This document shows positions 48,477 through 58,141 of a stretch of 64,000 nt of DNA, piece by piece. The notes beneath the pieces were generated by a model. The model searched no databases. It was not told the origin of the DNA and saw nothing but the letters and a program-made list of their open reading frames with translations. The stretch is from Candidatus Aminicenantes bacterium. Lineage in GTDB: Bacteria; Acidobacteriota; Aminicenantia; Aminicenantales; JAFGBC01. How positions within the stretch are numbered: the first letter of the stretch is position 1; each line of letters begins with the position of its first letter. The position numbers and the translations under genes are program-made. The stretch spans positions 3,872,001-3,936,000 of the forward strand of contig OY969696.1 in NCBI GenBank assembly GCA_963702005.1. Direction: 5' to 3'.

Positions 48477-51400
48477 GAACTCAAAGAATACCGATTCCGT
48501 GATCTGGTTTTTATCCGAGCGGGCCAAGGAATTGAATTGCCTCTACAAGATCGAAGAGCTTCTCAACAAGCCGGATGCCGATCTGGACGATATCTGCCGA
48601 GGCGTTATCGAAGCCATTCCGCCGGGCTGGCAGTATCCGGACATCTGTGTCGCCAAAATCAGCCTCGAGGGACACGCGGCTCAATCCCCGAATTTCAAAG
48701 AGACCGCTTGGGTTCAGAATGCCGATATCAAAGTCCAGGACAAACACATAGGGAGGTTGAGCATTTACTATATCGAAGAGATGCCTCACGCCGCTGACGG
48801 GCCTTTCTTGAAAGAGGAGACAAAGCTCCTCGGAACGATCGTGGACCGACTGGGCCACTACATCCTTTATACACGGATGAAACAGGCCTACCAGGAGTAC
48901 CAGACGGCCCGCCGGGGCGTTTCAGCGGATCGAGCGGACGAATGGCGTGTGGCCCTGAATTTTTTACGTCAGACCAACAAAAACCTCTTCCTGAATATAT
49001 CCCGCCGCATGCTCAATTTTCTCAGCTGGGGAGGCATCCAGGAAGCCGAAAAGCTTCTCCTCAAAACACTGGCAGGAAAGAAAGCCGGCGAGAGCTATTC
49101 GGAAGAAGAGAATTTCCCCGATCAAGTCAGGCCGCAGTCCTTCGATGAAAAAATCAGCGAAGAAACGTTCAACCTTGCCGCCCGGCATCTCAGCACCGGC
49201 CAAATCCTGGCCAACATCCACAAATGGATCCAAGAGGACCGGCTGAGCTTTTTAGTGGAGGTCACAAACAGAAATCTCTCCCTGGCTCAGGTCGTGGACG
49301 CCATCCGTCGCTACCACCATATCGCCGCCGAGGGCATCGCACTCCCTCCGGAAAGTCGAAGGGGCGTTCTTGTCTCCCTGATCCGACGTTTTCTCTCCGA
49401 ACAGCCGGAATTCATCACCACGGCCATCAAGAATATTGAAATCGACGACTTCTATGAGATCCTGGATCACATTATTTTTTCGCCGGAGAGCCAGGGAAGG
49501 TTGGGAGGAAAAAGCACCGGGCTTTTTTTGGCCAAGCATATCATCGAGAAATCGGCCGATTCCTTGAGCCATTTCAGCCCGATCAAGGTGCCGAAAACAT
49601 GGTATATCTCCTCGGAGGGCCTGCTGAGCTTTCTCTCCTATAATAATCTCAACGAGGTTGTTGAGCAAAAGTACAAAGATATCAACCAAGTTCGGCTGGA
49701 GTATCCTCATATCGTTCAGACATTTAAAAATTCTCAGTTCCCCACGCATATCGTCCAGGGACTCTCCATGGTTCTCGACGACTTCAAGGACCAGCCCATC
49801 ATCGTCCGCAGCTCCAGTCTGCTGGAAGATCGGATGGGATCTTCGTTTTCCGGAAAGTACAAGAGCCTGTTCTTGGCCAACCAAGGCAGCAAAGGGGAGC
49901 GTCTTGAAGCCCTCAAAGACGCCATCGCTGAAATCTATGCCTCCACCTATGGCCCCGATCCTATCAGCTACCGGTCGGAGCGGAATCTTCTTGATTTCGC
50001 GGAAGAGATGGGCATCATGATCCAAGAAGTCGTGGGTACGCGGGTCGGGGACTATTTTTTCCCCTCTTTTGCCGGAGTGGCTTTGAGCCGCAACGAGTTC
50101 CGCTGGTCGCCATGGATCAAACGCGAAGACGGCCTGCTGCGATTGGTCCCCGGGTTGGGGACAAGGGCGGTGGACAGAACCAGCGATGATTATTCTGTCA
50201 TGATCGCCCCGGGACAGGTCGGGCTCCGCGTTAATGTCAGCGCCGACGAGGTCATCCGCTACTCGCCCAAAAAAATGGACGTCATCAACTTGAAAACGAA
50301 CGGCTTCGAAACCATCGAAGCCAAAGACCTGCTCAGGCGATATGGCCATCAACTCCCCGCCGCCGATAAAATCGTCTCCCTCTATGACGGTCAGTGCTTG
50401 CGAAAACCGTTGGGCCGGACGATCGATTGGGAGAAGGACGATCTTGTCATCACCTTTGAAGGACTCATCGACAGCACCCCCTTCATTTCCCAACTCCGAG
50501 AGGTCATGCGGATCCTAAAAGAAAAACTCCAGTTTCCCGTGGACATCGAATTCGCTTCCGATGGAAAGAGTTTTTATCTTCTCCAATGCAGGATGCAAAG
50601 CTACCTGGAAGGCAGCGAGCCCGCTTATATCCCCAAGAACCTGCCCAAGGAAAAAATCGTGTTCCTGGCCAATCGTTTTATCTCCAACGGGCGCATTCCG
50701 GATATTACTCATATCGTCTATGTCGATCCGCAAAGCTACGATGAGCTTCCCAATCGCGAGATGCTTCTGGCCGTCGGCCGCGCCGTGGGAAAGCTGAACA
50801 AGCTCTTGCCGCGGCGCCGATTCATCCTGATGGGGCCCGGTCGTTGGGGAAGCCGGGGAGATATCAAGCTTGGAATCAAGGCGTCCTACTCCGATATCTC
50901 AAACACGGCGGTCCTGATCGAGATCGCCCGAAAGAAAGGGCATTATCTTCCCGACCTCTCTTTCGGCACCCACTTTTTCCAGGATCTTGTCGAAGGAGAA
51001 ATTCGCTATCTGCCGCTCTACCCCGATGAAAAGGGCTCTATCCTTAAGGAAGACTTTTTCAAAAAGTCAGCCAATATCCTTCCCCAAATCTTGCCCGAAT
51101 TTGCCGATCTTGCCGATACCATCAAGGTCATAGATATTCCCGGGAGCACGGATGGAATGGCCCTCCGCATTCTGATGAATGCCGACCTGGATGAAGCCGT
51201 GGGATTTCTTGTCAACCCGGAGGTCGAACCCCTCTCTCCGCTTCCCGGGAGAGAAAAAGAAAAGGGCAAGCCGGAGAACCATTGGGCCTGGCGGCTCGAG
51301 ATGGCTGAACATATCGCTTCGCAGCTTGACGCCGGGCGTTTCGGCGTTAAGGCCCTCTACATAATCGGCAGCGCCAAGAATGCCACGGCCGGCCCGCAAA

Positions 51401-51651
51401 GCGACATCGACCTCTTGATTCATTTTCAGGGAACGAAGTCCCAGCGCCGGGACCTGGTCTCCTGGCTGGAGGGGTGGAGCCTCTGCTTAGACGAGATGAA
51501 TTTCCAAAAAACGGGATATAAGAGCGGGGGACTTCTCGATATCCATTTCGTCACCGATGCGGATGTCGCTAAAAAGACGAGTCATGCGGCCAAGATCGGC
51601 GCGGTCACGGACGCGGCCCGACTCCTCCCGCTCAAAGAATTGGTCAAATAA
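48469..51651 (+). CDS. PPDK-N domain protein with N-terminal GAF-like sensor region and C-terminal nucleotidyltransferase domain
   Basis: ERAKELNCLY...IPPGWQYP; LGGKS, VRSSSLLED, FSGKY, IQEVVG, GLGTRAV, GRWGS, SFGTHFF; C-terminal GSAKNATAGPQSDIDL. Confidence 0.85.
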   Translation: MNENSKNTDSVIWFLSERAKELNCLYKIEELLNKPDADLDDICRGVIEAIPPGWQYPDICVAKISLEGHAAQSPNFKETAWVQNADIKVQDKHIGRLSIYYIEEMPHAADGPFLKEETKLLGTIVDRLGHYILYTRMKQAYQEYQTARRGVSADRADEWRVALNFLRQTNKNLFLNISRRMLNFLSWGGIQEAEKLLLKTLAGKKAGESYSEEENFPDQVRPQSFDEKISEETFNLAARHLSTGQILANIHKWIQEDRLSFLVEVTNRNLSLAQVVDAIRRYHHIAAEGIALPPESRRGVLVSLIRRFLSEQPEFITTAIKNIEIDDFYEILDHIIFSPESQGRLGGKSTGLFLAKHIIEKSADSLSHFSPIKVPKTWYISSEGLLSFLSYNNLNEVVEQKYKDINQVRLEYPHIVQTFKNSQFPTHIVQGLSMVLDDFKDQPIIVRSSSLLEDRMGSSFSGKYKSLFLANQGSKGERLEALKDAIAEIYASTYGPDPISYRSERNLLDFAEEMGIMIQEVVGTRVGDYFFPSFAGVALSRNEFRWSPWIKREDGLLRLVPGLGTRAVDRTSDDYSVMIAPGQVGLRVNVSADEVIRYSPKKMDVINLKTNGFETIEAKDLLRRYGHQLPAADKIVSLYDGQCLRKPLGRTIDWEKDDLVITFEGLIDSTPFISQLREVMRILKEKLQFPVDIEFASDGKSFYLLQCRMQSYLEGSEPAYIPKNLPKEKIVFLANRFISNGRIPDITHIVYVDPQSYDELPNREMLLAVGRAVGKLNKLLPRRRFILMGPGRWGSRGDIKLGIKASYSDISNTAVLIEIARKKGHYLPDLSFGTHFFQDLVEGEIRYLPLYPDEKGSILKEDFFKKSANILPQILPEFADLADTIKVIDIPGSTDGMALRILMNADLDEAVGFLVNPEVEPLSPLPGREKEKGKPENHWAWRLEMAEHIASQLDAGRFGVKALYIIGSAKNATAGPQSDIDLLIHFQGTKSQRRDLVSWLEGWSLCLDEMNFQKTGYKSGGLLDIHFVTDADVAKKTSHAAKIGAVTDAARLLPLKELVK

Positions 51652-52507
51652 GCTCTTTGCTGGCGGCGTCTAATTGCTCCAGCTGAAAACGAATCAGAGC
51701 AAGCTCCGGCCCGTCGTGCGCGGCCGAGAAGCAGTGTGTCCGGCCGATGCGATCCCTCCAGGAAGCGGAGAGTCTCGCCGCCTCATGGACATGCCCGTGA
51801 AGCGTCAGAAACGGCTGTCGAGCCTCGATGAAGCGGCGGATAGCGATGCTGCCCAGATGATGATCGAGGGGGACGTAATCGATCATCTGTCCTTTGAGGC
51901 AAGAAAGGTCGAGCTTCGTTTGATAGGGAGGCGAATGGAAAAGAAAGACGGCCTTGGTCAGGTCTTCATTCTTCGTCAACCGTTCAAGGTCCTCCTTGAT
52001 GGTTGAATATTTGCTCTCCCGCTCGGAAACCGGAACGGACCGCAGTCCCTCTTCGGGGGATATTGTTCCAGGATCGATGTAGCGAGAGACGTCATAGCGC
52101 TCCCAGTCTTTCAGTCGGAAAGGAGTCGGTGGAACATAAGCATAGCCGTAGAGGGGAAAACCGTCGAAAACCACCTTGCGGTTATGAATATACTCCCAGA
52201 CGCCCTGGACGGCCGCATCCAGGACCGCGGCTTCTTCAAATCGGCCGTCGTCATTGCCCATGACCAGAAAGATCCTGGGATAGTCCGTCAGGAGCTCCTG
52301 ACGCAAAGCAAGGAAATTCTTCACAAGAAAGCCGTTGAAAAAATCTTGCTGGCTAAGACTCAAAGAGTCGCGAGCGGGCCGAGCCAAGGGCAAAAAATCG
52401 CCGCCGATGAAGACGGCCTTCGGCTTCTCAAGGGAAATAGCCCTAAAAAGCTTCTGATAGCGGCGCAGATCGCCGTGGAGATCGGAGACGAAAAAGCAAT
52501 TCCCCAC
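51644..52507 (-). CDS. Metallophosphoesterase (calcineurin-like, Icc-related)
   Basis: SDLHG, GGD, GNDD, HSPP, HGHVHE. Confidence 0.88.
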   Translation of the reverse strand: MGNCFFVSDLHGDLRRYQKLFRAISLEKPKAVFIGGDFLPLARPARDSLSLSQQDFFNGFLVKNFLALRQELLTDYPRIFLVMGNDDGRFEEAAVLDAAVQGVWEYIHNRKVVFDGFPLYGYAYVPPTPFRLKDWERYDVSRYIDPGTISPEEGLRSVPVSERESKYSTIKEDLERLTKNEDLTKAVFLFHSPPYQTKLDLSCLKGQMIDYVPLDHHLGSIAIRRFIEARQPFLTLHGHVHEAARLSASWRDRIGRTHCFSAAHDGPELALIRFQLEQLDAASKELI

Positions 52508-52575
52508 GAAAAAATTATAAGCCAAAATTACTAAAAGTGACAATCGGCACGGATGAACCCGGCACCCGACCTCTG

Positions 52576-53301
52576 TCAAGCGTCTTCTTCATCCCCGAAC
52601 TTATAGCCGACGCCTCGAACGGTTTGGATATATTTCTTGGCCCCGCTCAGCTTTTTTCGAAGACCGGTCATATGATAATCGACGACGCGCTCCGTGATGG
52701 GATAGCCGTCCTCGCGGACATGATCAAGGATGAATGATCGGGTGAAAACCTGATTGGGCTTCCCGGCCATCAGGGCGAGAATCTCGAATTCTGTCTTGGA
52801 GAGATGGACCTTTTTGCCGTTGACGCGGACCTCGTAGGCTCCTCGATCGATGATCATATTGCCTATTTCCAGCCTTGTTTTTTCTTTTTCCGTCGATTTC
52901 TTCATCCTTCGCAGCAGAGCCTGGATGCGGGCCAGCAGGATTTCCGGCTCAAAAGGCTTGGTGATGTAGTCGTCGGCGAACTCCCTTAAGCCGGCGACAA
53001 CGTCTTCGACCTGCTTCTTGGCTGTGACCATGATGATCAAGGCATTGGATGTCCTAGAGTCCTTTTTCAGGATGCCGCAAACTTTCAACCCATCAATCCC
53101 GGGAAGGATAAGGTCCAGGAGAATAAGATCCGGCCTCTCTCGTCTGGCCAGCTGTAGGGCTTCCTCGCCGCTCTGGGCGCCGAGAACTTGGTATCCTTCT
53201 TTCCAGAGGATAAAAGAGAGGCTATTTTGAAGGTTGACATCGTCCTCAACGCACAATATCTTGATCTTGGCGCCAGGCTGAACTTCGCTTGGAGACTTCA
53301 T
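52576..53301 (-). CDS. OmpR/PhoB-family response regulator (no cognate canonical kinase in window)
   Basis: VEDD, LLDLILPG, VTA, DDYITKPF, EFEIL, TVRGVGY. Confidence 0.93.
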   Translation of the reverse strand: MKSPSEVQPGAKIKILCVEDDVNLQNSLSFILWKEGYQVLGAQSGEEALQLARRERPDLILLDLILPGIDGLKVCGILKKDSRTSNALIIMVTAKKQVEDVVAGLREFADDYITKPFEPEILLARIQALLRRMKKSTEKEKTRLEIGNMIIDRGAYEVRVNGKKVHLSKTEFEILALMAGKPNQVFTRSFILDHVREDGYPITERVVDYHMTGLRKKLSGAKKYIQTVRGVGYKFGDEEDA

Positions 53302-53435
53302 TCTATTACTGCCGTTCTTCAAGAAACAAAGAATATTGTAATTAAATCCAAACAAAAAGCAAATAAATCCATAACAATTCGCGCCGTCTACGATAAAAAA
53401 CATCGGAGAAAAAAATAGAGCTAGGCGGGAACGGG

Positions 53436-54881
53436 TCAGCGGCTTCGGGCTCTTTCCTGATAGACTTTGATCCATTTTTCGACGATTTGAATCAGCGTCC
53501 CTCTCAACTCGGCAGCGCTTCCGTGGATGGGGCGGAGCTCCTCGGCAAGTTCCGGATATTCTTTTCGATCCAGCCAGGACGAAATGATATCGTTATCCGA
53601 ATAGGGCTGAATGACGCCCGCGTCCAGAGTTTTAAGACACATCCAGAGCTCGCGCAGGTTGAATATCTTGTGTCCGTCGATGATCAGCGGGATCCGCTTG
53701 ATCCGGGCCATCTCCCTCCGGAAATCTCTCTTCAACAGGGTGATGAGCTGCCGGCCCCGGCTTCTTCTCGGGCGCAGGCGGTCGCCGAGTTCCTGAAAAC
53801 TGTGCATATAAAGCCACGTGGAGAATTTATCTTTTTCCCCGTAGCTTTCCAAAATATCCCTGAGCCGTCGGCCCGGCGGGCAGTCTTTCTCGGCTTCCGA
53901 CAGGATCTGGCAAATTCCGTGAATGTCTTTAGCCCGATGCAATTCCCGCCCGTCTTCGTCATAGATGAGAAAATCTCCCAGCCCCGTGAAATTGAGAATA
54001 TAATCCTTAAGCTTCTCCAGGCTTCCCGGATCGCCCTTGGGAAGAATAAAGCCGAGGTCGCTTAATTCATGAGCCTCTTTCGCCTTAGAGGCGATAATCA
54101 CGGGAATCCGAGGATAGGCGCTTTTCACCAGGCGGATCAGGTCGCGGCCGGCATCCGTCTGGAGTTCGTTGTGTTTGGGAAAATAGATATCCGCGATCAG
54201 ACAAACGACGTCATCGCCGTGCCCGCTTGATAAAGACCCTTTGTCCTTGATCTGAGATTCATCCTCAACGCCAAAAATGAATCGAAGACTCTCCTCGTAG
54301 GTTCGAGTGATCATCACATCCGCACGTTGGCCGATAATACTATAAAGGACGGGGAGGAATTGAGAGAACCAGCGCGGCTCATCATCGACGATATGAAAAA
54401 TAAACCGCCGGGCGTTAGAATATTTCTTGATATTGAGCAAATCCTCCGCCGCCCGGACGACGGAGGCAAGAATTCTCTCGGGCGCGCATTCGTTCCGGTT
54501 GACGGCAAAGATGAGGTCGGCCTTGGTCACATAGGGATACCTCTGGGCGGCAGCTTGAGGGGGGGAACACTGGATGAAAACTTGGGAGGAGAGAAGAACA
54601 AGAACAGCGTCTGGGTTGTGAACGCGGATTGTATTCGTATCGAGAATCGCCAGGGCGGTATCATCAAACAGAAATACACAGGCCTTTTCATAAGCGCGGC
54701 TCATAACCGACGGCGGATCATGGAGAACTTCCGTCTCAAGCCAGGGCATATTTTTCCCCAAAATTTCCAGGCCCTCGCGGATCCGTGAATCAGCGGCAAA
54801 AATGACCGCCTTTTTCATCCTGACCGGGTTGATAATCCGAGGAATGAAGGGATGCTCTCTGTTCCCGCTTCGGCTATTCAT
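53436..54881 (-). CDS. Receiver-domain-containing hypothetical protein with duplicated C-terminal helical unit
   Basis: FHIVDDEP...LIADIYFP...IIASK...LPKG receiver pattern; GLGDF; FSTWL / ISSWL repeats. Confidence 0.65.
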   Translation of the reverse strand: MNSRSGNREHPFIPRIINPVRMKKAVIFAADSRIREGLEILGKNMPWLETEVLHDPPSVMSRAYEKACVFLFDDTALAILDTNTIRVHNPDAVLVLLSSQVFIQCSPPQAAAQRYPYVTKADLIFAVNRNECAPERILASVVRAAEDLLNIKKYSNARRFIFHIVDDEPRWFSQFLPVLYSIIGQRADVMITRTYEESLRFIFGVEDESQIKDKGSLSSGHGDDVVCLIADIYFPKHNELQTDAGRDLIRLVKSAYPRIPVIIASKAKEAHELSDLGFILPKGDPGSLEKLKDYILNFTGLGDFLIYDEDGRELHRAKDIHGICQILSEAEKDCPPGRRLRDILESYGEKDKFSTWLYMHSFQELGDRLRPRRSRGRQLITLLKRDFRREMARIKRIPLIIDGHKIFNLRELWMCLKTLDAGVIQPYSDNDIISSWLDRKEYPELAEELRPIHGSAAELRGTLIQIVEKWIKVYQERARSR

Positions 54882-56541
54882 TTTCTAAAACGACTTCGCA
54901 GCGTTGTTTGAGACAGTCCGCATAGACCGTCACCGGCCCCGGGAAAGACAAGACACCGAGGACGCTATCGGGCTGGGAACAGGAAAAAAGCCAGGGGTCG
55001 AAGGTATCCTGCATGGGCATGATATAGCCATAAATGATGTTGTTGCCCGCCAGGTTCGTCAGAAAATGCGTTCCCTGGGTTCCATACATCCTGGTCTGCA
55101 GTCTTTTTTGATCCTCATTAAAGCCGCCTTGAATCATATACAGAAAATGACTGCCGTAGACTCCTCCGGTTAAGCTCTCCTCTTCCGGCAAAGGTTCCGA
55201 CCGTCCCTCCACATCCACTCCGTATTCGAAAATAGCCGCCGCCTGATCCACGTCTTTATACTCAACGAAGATGCCCCAGTCTTTGTTTCGGCTTCCGAGA
55301 CGGCCCGGCACAATCAAGATATATTTCTCGTTCCGGCTCGCCATGTCTTGGTTGATCTGGGCGATTTTCTTGCGGACGACGGGCTGGAACTCTTTCTTAT
55401 AAATAAACGGAGATACGACGAGCGCATGTTTGATGTTCCTTTTAATCCCATGTCCCTGGGCATTATTGATGGCGAGATAGGTATGAAGGACGGACGGGGG
55501 GATCTGGATGGAGTCCAACTTCAATTCAGGCAGCTGAGTCAACTGGACAATGTGAAAAGTCCCGTCTCCTTTGTCCTTCCTGGAAAAATCGAGGTTGAAG
55601 ACAAATTCGATCAGAAACTGAGAAGAGATACGAGAGGCGATGATCTCCATGATTTCCACGAGGCCTGTCTTGAATCCGAAATGGTTATTCTGGATGAGAT
55701 CTTCTATGGTGATGAGGTTGTTCCGGATTCCCAACAGCTTGATCTTATGGTAATTGGCGAACCGGACATGAAGCTTCTTCATGGTTTCCAGTTCTTCGCC
55801 CTTGAGCTCCCTATTTTTGGTCATGTCCAGAGCATAAAAAAATTGCTGGCCGCTTCCAATTCGCAAGAGACGGAGGGGGATAGGATTGGAGATCGTGGCC
55901 ATGGAGATAACGGGAAAATCGTCCAAGACGGTGGCATAGCCGTGTCCGAAAGCGATCCGGGCAAAGCCTTCGCTGGGATTCTGGTTCTTGAGGGCGTGCG
56001 GGAAGAAGGAAACGGCGACCCCGGAAATATAAGGATAATAAACGGGGCCGGCGTAGGTGTCATCGAATATTCCCGGAATGGGATTGATGACGATGGCCAT
56101 TTTCTCTCGGCTCGAGGCGGGTTGTTTCCTGAGAAAATCATTGTAGATATGGGTCACGGCTTGGATGACCTGAGAAAGTCTCACTTCAGGATCAGGGTGA
56201 TTGTTGGGCAGCATGAAGGACGCGTTCTCCCCGGCATGAATGGAACCTCCGGCCTGCGCCGTCGGACCCGCCTCATTTGTCGCGGAAGAGCGAATTCCCA
56301 AAGGAACGTCCGTCAATTCTCCAAGAATCGAGAGCACGACATTTTGTTCCTCGTCCCCAAATCTTCCGTCATTGGCGAGGAAACTATCAAAGAAGGAAGT
56401 GGTCAGGATATAGGTTTTCAACTTGCTGACCTTGGGAAGGGAAAGTTGGTTGATCTTAACGAGTCCGGCTCCCTTCCCGCCCAGAGAACCCGTCCCGTAG
56501 ATTTTGACAGCCTCGGCTATTTGGGCCATGGGAATATTCAT
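54874..56541 (-). CDS. Divergent PPDK-N (ATP-grasp) domain protein
   Basis: LGGKGAGL, GIRSSA, YPYISGVA, FGHG, IEFV, PGRLGS, TQGTHFL. Confidence 0.72.
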   Translation of the reverse strand: MNIPMAQIAEAVKIYGTGSLGGKGAGLVKINQLSLPKVSKLKTYILTTSFFDSFLANDGRFGDEEQNVVLSILGELTDVPLGIRSSATNEAGPTAQAGGSIHAGENASFMLPNNHPDPEVRLSQVIQAVTHIYNDFLRKQPASSREKMAIVINPIPGIFDDTYAGPVYYPYISGVAVSFFPHALKNQNPSEGFARIAFGHGYATVLDDFPVISMATISNPIPLRLLRIGSGQQFFYALDMTKNRELKGEELETMKKLHVRFANYHKIKLLGIRNNLITIEDLIQNNHFGFKTGLVEIMEIIASRISSQFLIEFVFNLDFSRKDKGDGTFHIVQLTQLPELKLDSIQIPPSVLHTYLAINNAQGHGIKRNIKHALVVSPFIYKKEFQPVVRKKIAQINQDMASRNEKYILIVPGRLGSRNKDWGIFVEYKDVDQAAAIFEYGVDVEGRSEPLPEEESLTGGVYGSHFLYMIQGGFNEDQKRLQTRMYGTQGTHFLTNLAGNNIIYGYIMPMQDTFDPWLFSCSQPDSVLGVLSFPGPVTVYADCLKQRCEVVLENE

Positions 56542-56659
56542 CTATCCGCATTCATTTTAAAGATAATTATTCTTCCAGTAAAGATATGTTCGATGACCGG
56601 AGGAAGACGCCTGCGGGGCCGCTCGCCGGCTTAATCCGGCCGGGCGTCAATGATGACCG

Positions 56660-56712
56660 ATGCCGCTAGGAAGGGCGGCGGAATAGCGGTCGGGTGCAGC
56701 GCTTTGTTAGGT
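56660..56712 (-). other. Truncated integron attC site (R'' and L'' half only)
   Basis: Minus strand ACCTAAC AAAGCGCTGCACCCGACCGCTA...TAGCGG overlapping the gene stop; no matching L' or GTTRRRY. Confidence 0.6.
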
Positions 56713-57684
56713 TTGGCTATTAGGTTCCAACGTTATTACAACATTTCCCGTTTTTTGACCTGTTTCGACATACCTAGTGGCCTGGATAATTTGTTCGAGT
56801 GGATAGCGTCTATCGATGACCGCTTTATACTTTCCCGCCTCGATAATCTCTTTGAAAAAGAGCACGTTTTCTTTGTTTTCCTTCGGAATCGCAATCATGA
56901 CTTTTTTACTGCCGATTTTTGCAGTCAACACTAGAAAGAAAAGGTTCTGCCATAAAAATCCCAGATCAGTTTCAAGATAGGCTCCGCCTTGCTTTAGAGA
57001 GTTTTTACAGCGTAAAAACGAATGCTTGCCGACTGCGTCAAAAATAACGTCATAGGTCAGACCATTCTTGGTAAAATCATCTTTTGTGTAATCAATGACT
57101 CGATCCGCTCCCAAAGATTTCACTGTTTCTACATTCTTGGTATTGCACACCGCCGTAACATCCGCTCCGAAGTACTTGGCAAGCTGTACCCCTGCAGTAC
57201 CTATAGACCCGGATGCTCCATAGATCAGGATTTTTTTTCCGCTCTGAATATTGACTTTTTTCAGGCAACTCAATGCAAGCGTTGCCCCATCGCAGACAGC
57301 AGCAGCTTCCTCGTAGGTCATATTGACCGGTTTTGTTGCGATAGCCCCTTCTTCCGGCAGGCATAAATACTCGGCATGAGCGCCAAAACTGTTGCCGGTC
57401 AACCCAAATACCTGATCGCCCTTTTTGAATGATTTGACATCCTTGCCGACCGCTTCGATTTCCCCGGCGAACTCGCTCCCCAGTATCGTTCTTCTCGGTC
57501 TGATGAGGCCGCTAAAAAATCTCACAATAAATGGCCTGGGCTTTCGAAATCCGCAGTCCGTTCGGTTGACCGTTGTCGCATGTATTTTTATCAGCAATTC
57601 ATTTTCATTGGGAGTCGGTTTTGCTATATCTTTGAGTTGAAGAACCTCCGGCGGTCCGTATCTTGTGTAGACAATCGCTTTCAT
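56707..57684 (-). CDS. NAD(P)-dependent MDR-family oxidoreductase (quinone oxidoreductase-like)
   Basis: [38 protein letters not shown]. Confidence 0.9.
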   Translation of the reverse strand: MKAIVYTRYGPPEVLQLKDIAKPTPNENELLIKIHATTVNRTDCGFRKPRPFIVRFFSGLIRPRRTILGSEFAGEIEAVGKDVKSFKKGDQVFGLTGNSFGAHAEYLCLPEEGAIATKPVNMTYEEAAAVCDGATLALSCLKKVNIQSGKKILIYGASGSIGTAGVQLAKYFGADVTAVCNTKNVETVKSLGADRVIDYTKDDFTKNGLTYDVIFDAVGKHSFLRCKNSLKQGGAYLETDLGFLWQNLFFLVLTAKIGSKKVMIAIPKENKENVLFFKEIIEAGKYKAVIDRRYPLEQIIQATRYVETGQKTGNVVITLEPNSQT

Positions 57685-57709
57685 GAGTATTTCTCCCAAG
57701 TTGCTTTAA

Positions 57710-58090
57710 TTATGATTGCTTTTTCTTTCCCTTCTCGATAACTTCCTTAACCCTAAATTTTGTAATCCTAGAAATGAGGCCATAAGGTATTGGTTTTTCA
57801 GGAGGAAACCTTATCGTTCCTTTCGATGTTTCATATGCTTCCAATTCCCTTTTAAATTTCTCTACGCCGCTAGACGTTGGAAAAAAGCTTATATGTTTGG
57901 AAAAAGCGGCAAAATGGACTAAATGGCCGCCGATCTTGAACGTTGGTATTTGGTAGCTTATCGCTTCTGTTGCGCCGGGTGCCGCTCTTTTTATCGTCGC
58001 TCTTATCTTTTGCAGGATCTCTTGAACATCATGCGGAAAGCCCGCGATGTATTCATCTATATTCTTGGGTGTTGATTGATCATTTTTCAT
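57710..58090 (-). CDS. DUF1801 / YdhG-like protein
   Basis: IDEYIA, APGATEAISYQIPTF, HISFFP, SKGTIRFP. Confidence 0.85.
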   Translation of the reverse strand: MKNDQSTPKNIDEYIAGFPHDVQEILQKIRATIKRAAPGATEAISYQIPTFKIGGHLVHFAAFSKHISFFPTSSGVEKFKRELEAYETSKGTIRFPPEKPIPYGLISRITKFRVKEVIEKGKKKQS

Positions 58091-58141
58091 GCTTCCTCTC
58101 CGTTGTATCCTGAATAGCGGAGCTGTGATCGAGACCGTGTC

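Noticed and set aside
46719-56541. Calling the PPDK-N genes ppsA or ppdK
   Set aside because: They lack the C-terminal PEP/pyruvate-binding TIM barrel and the canonical TSHAAI motif
57685-58141. attC sites between the MDR, DUF1801 and cysteine synthase genes
   Set aside because: No RYYYAAC...GTTRRRY pair in these short spacers
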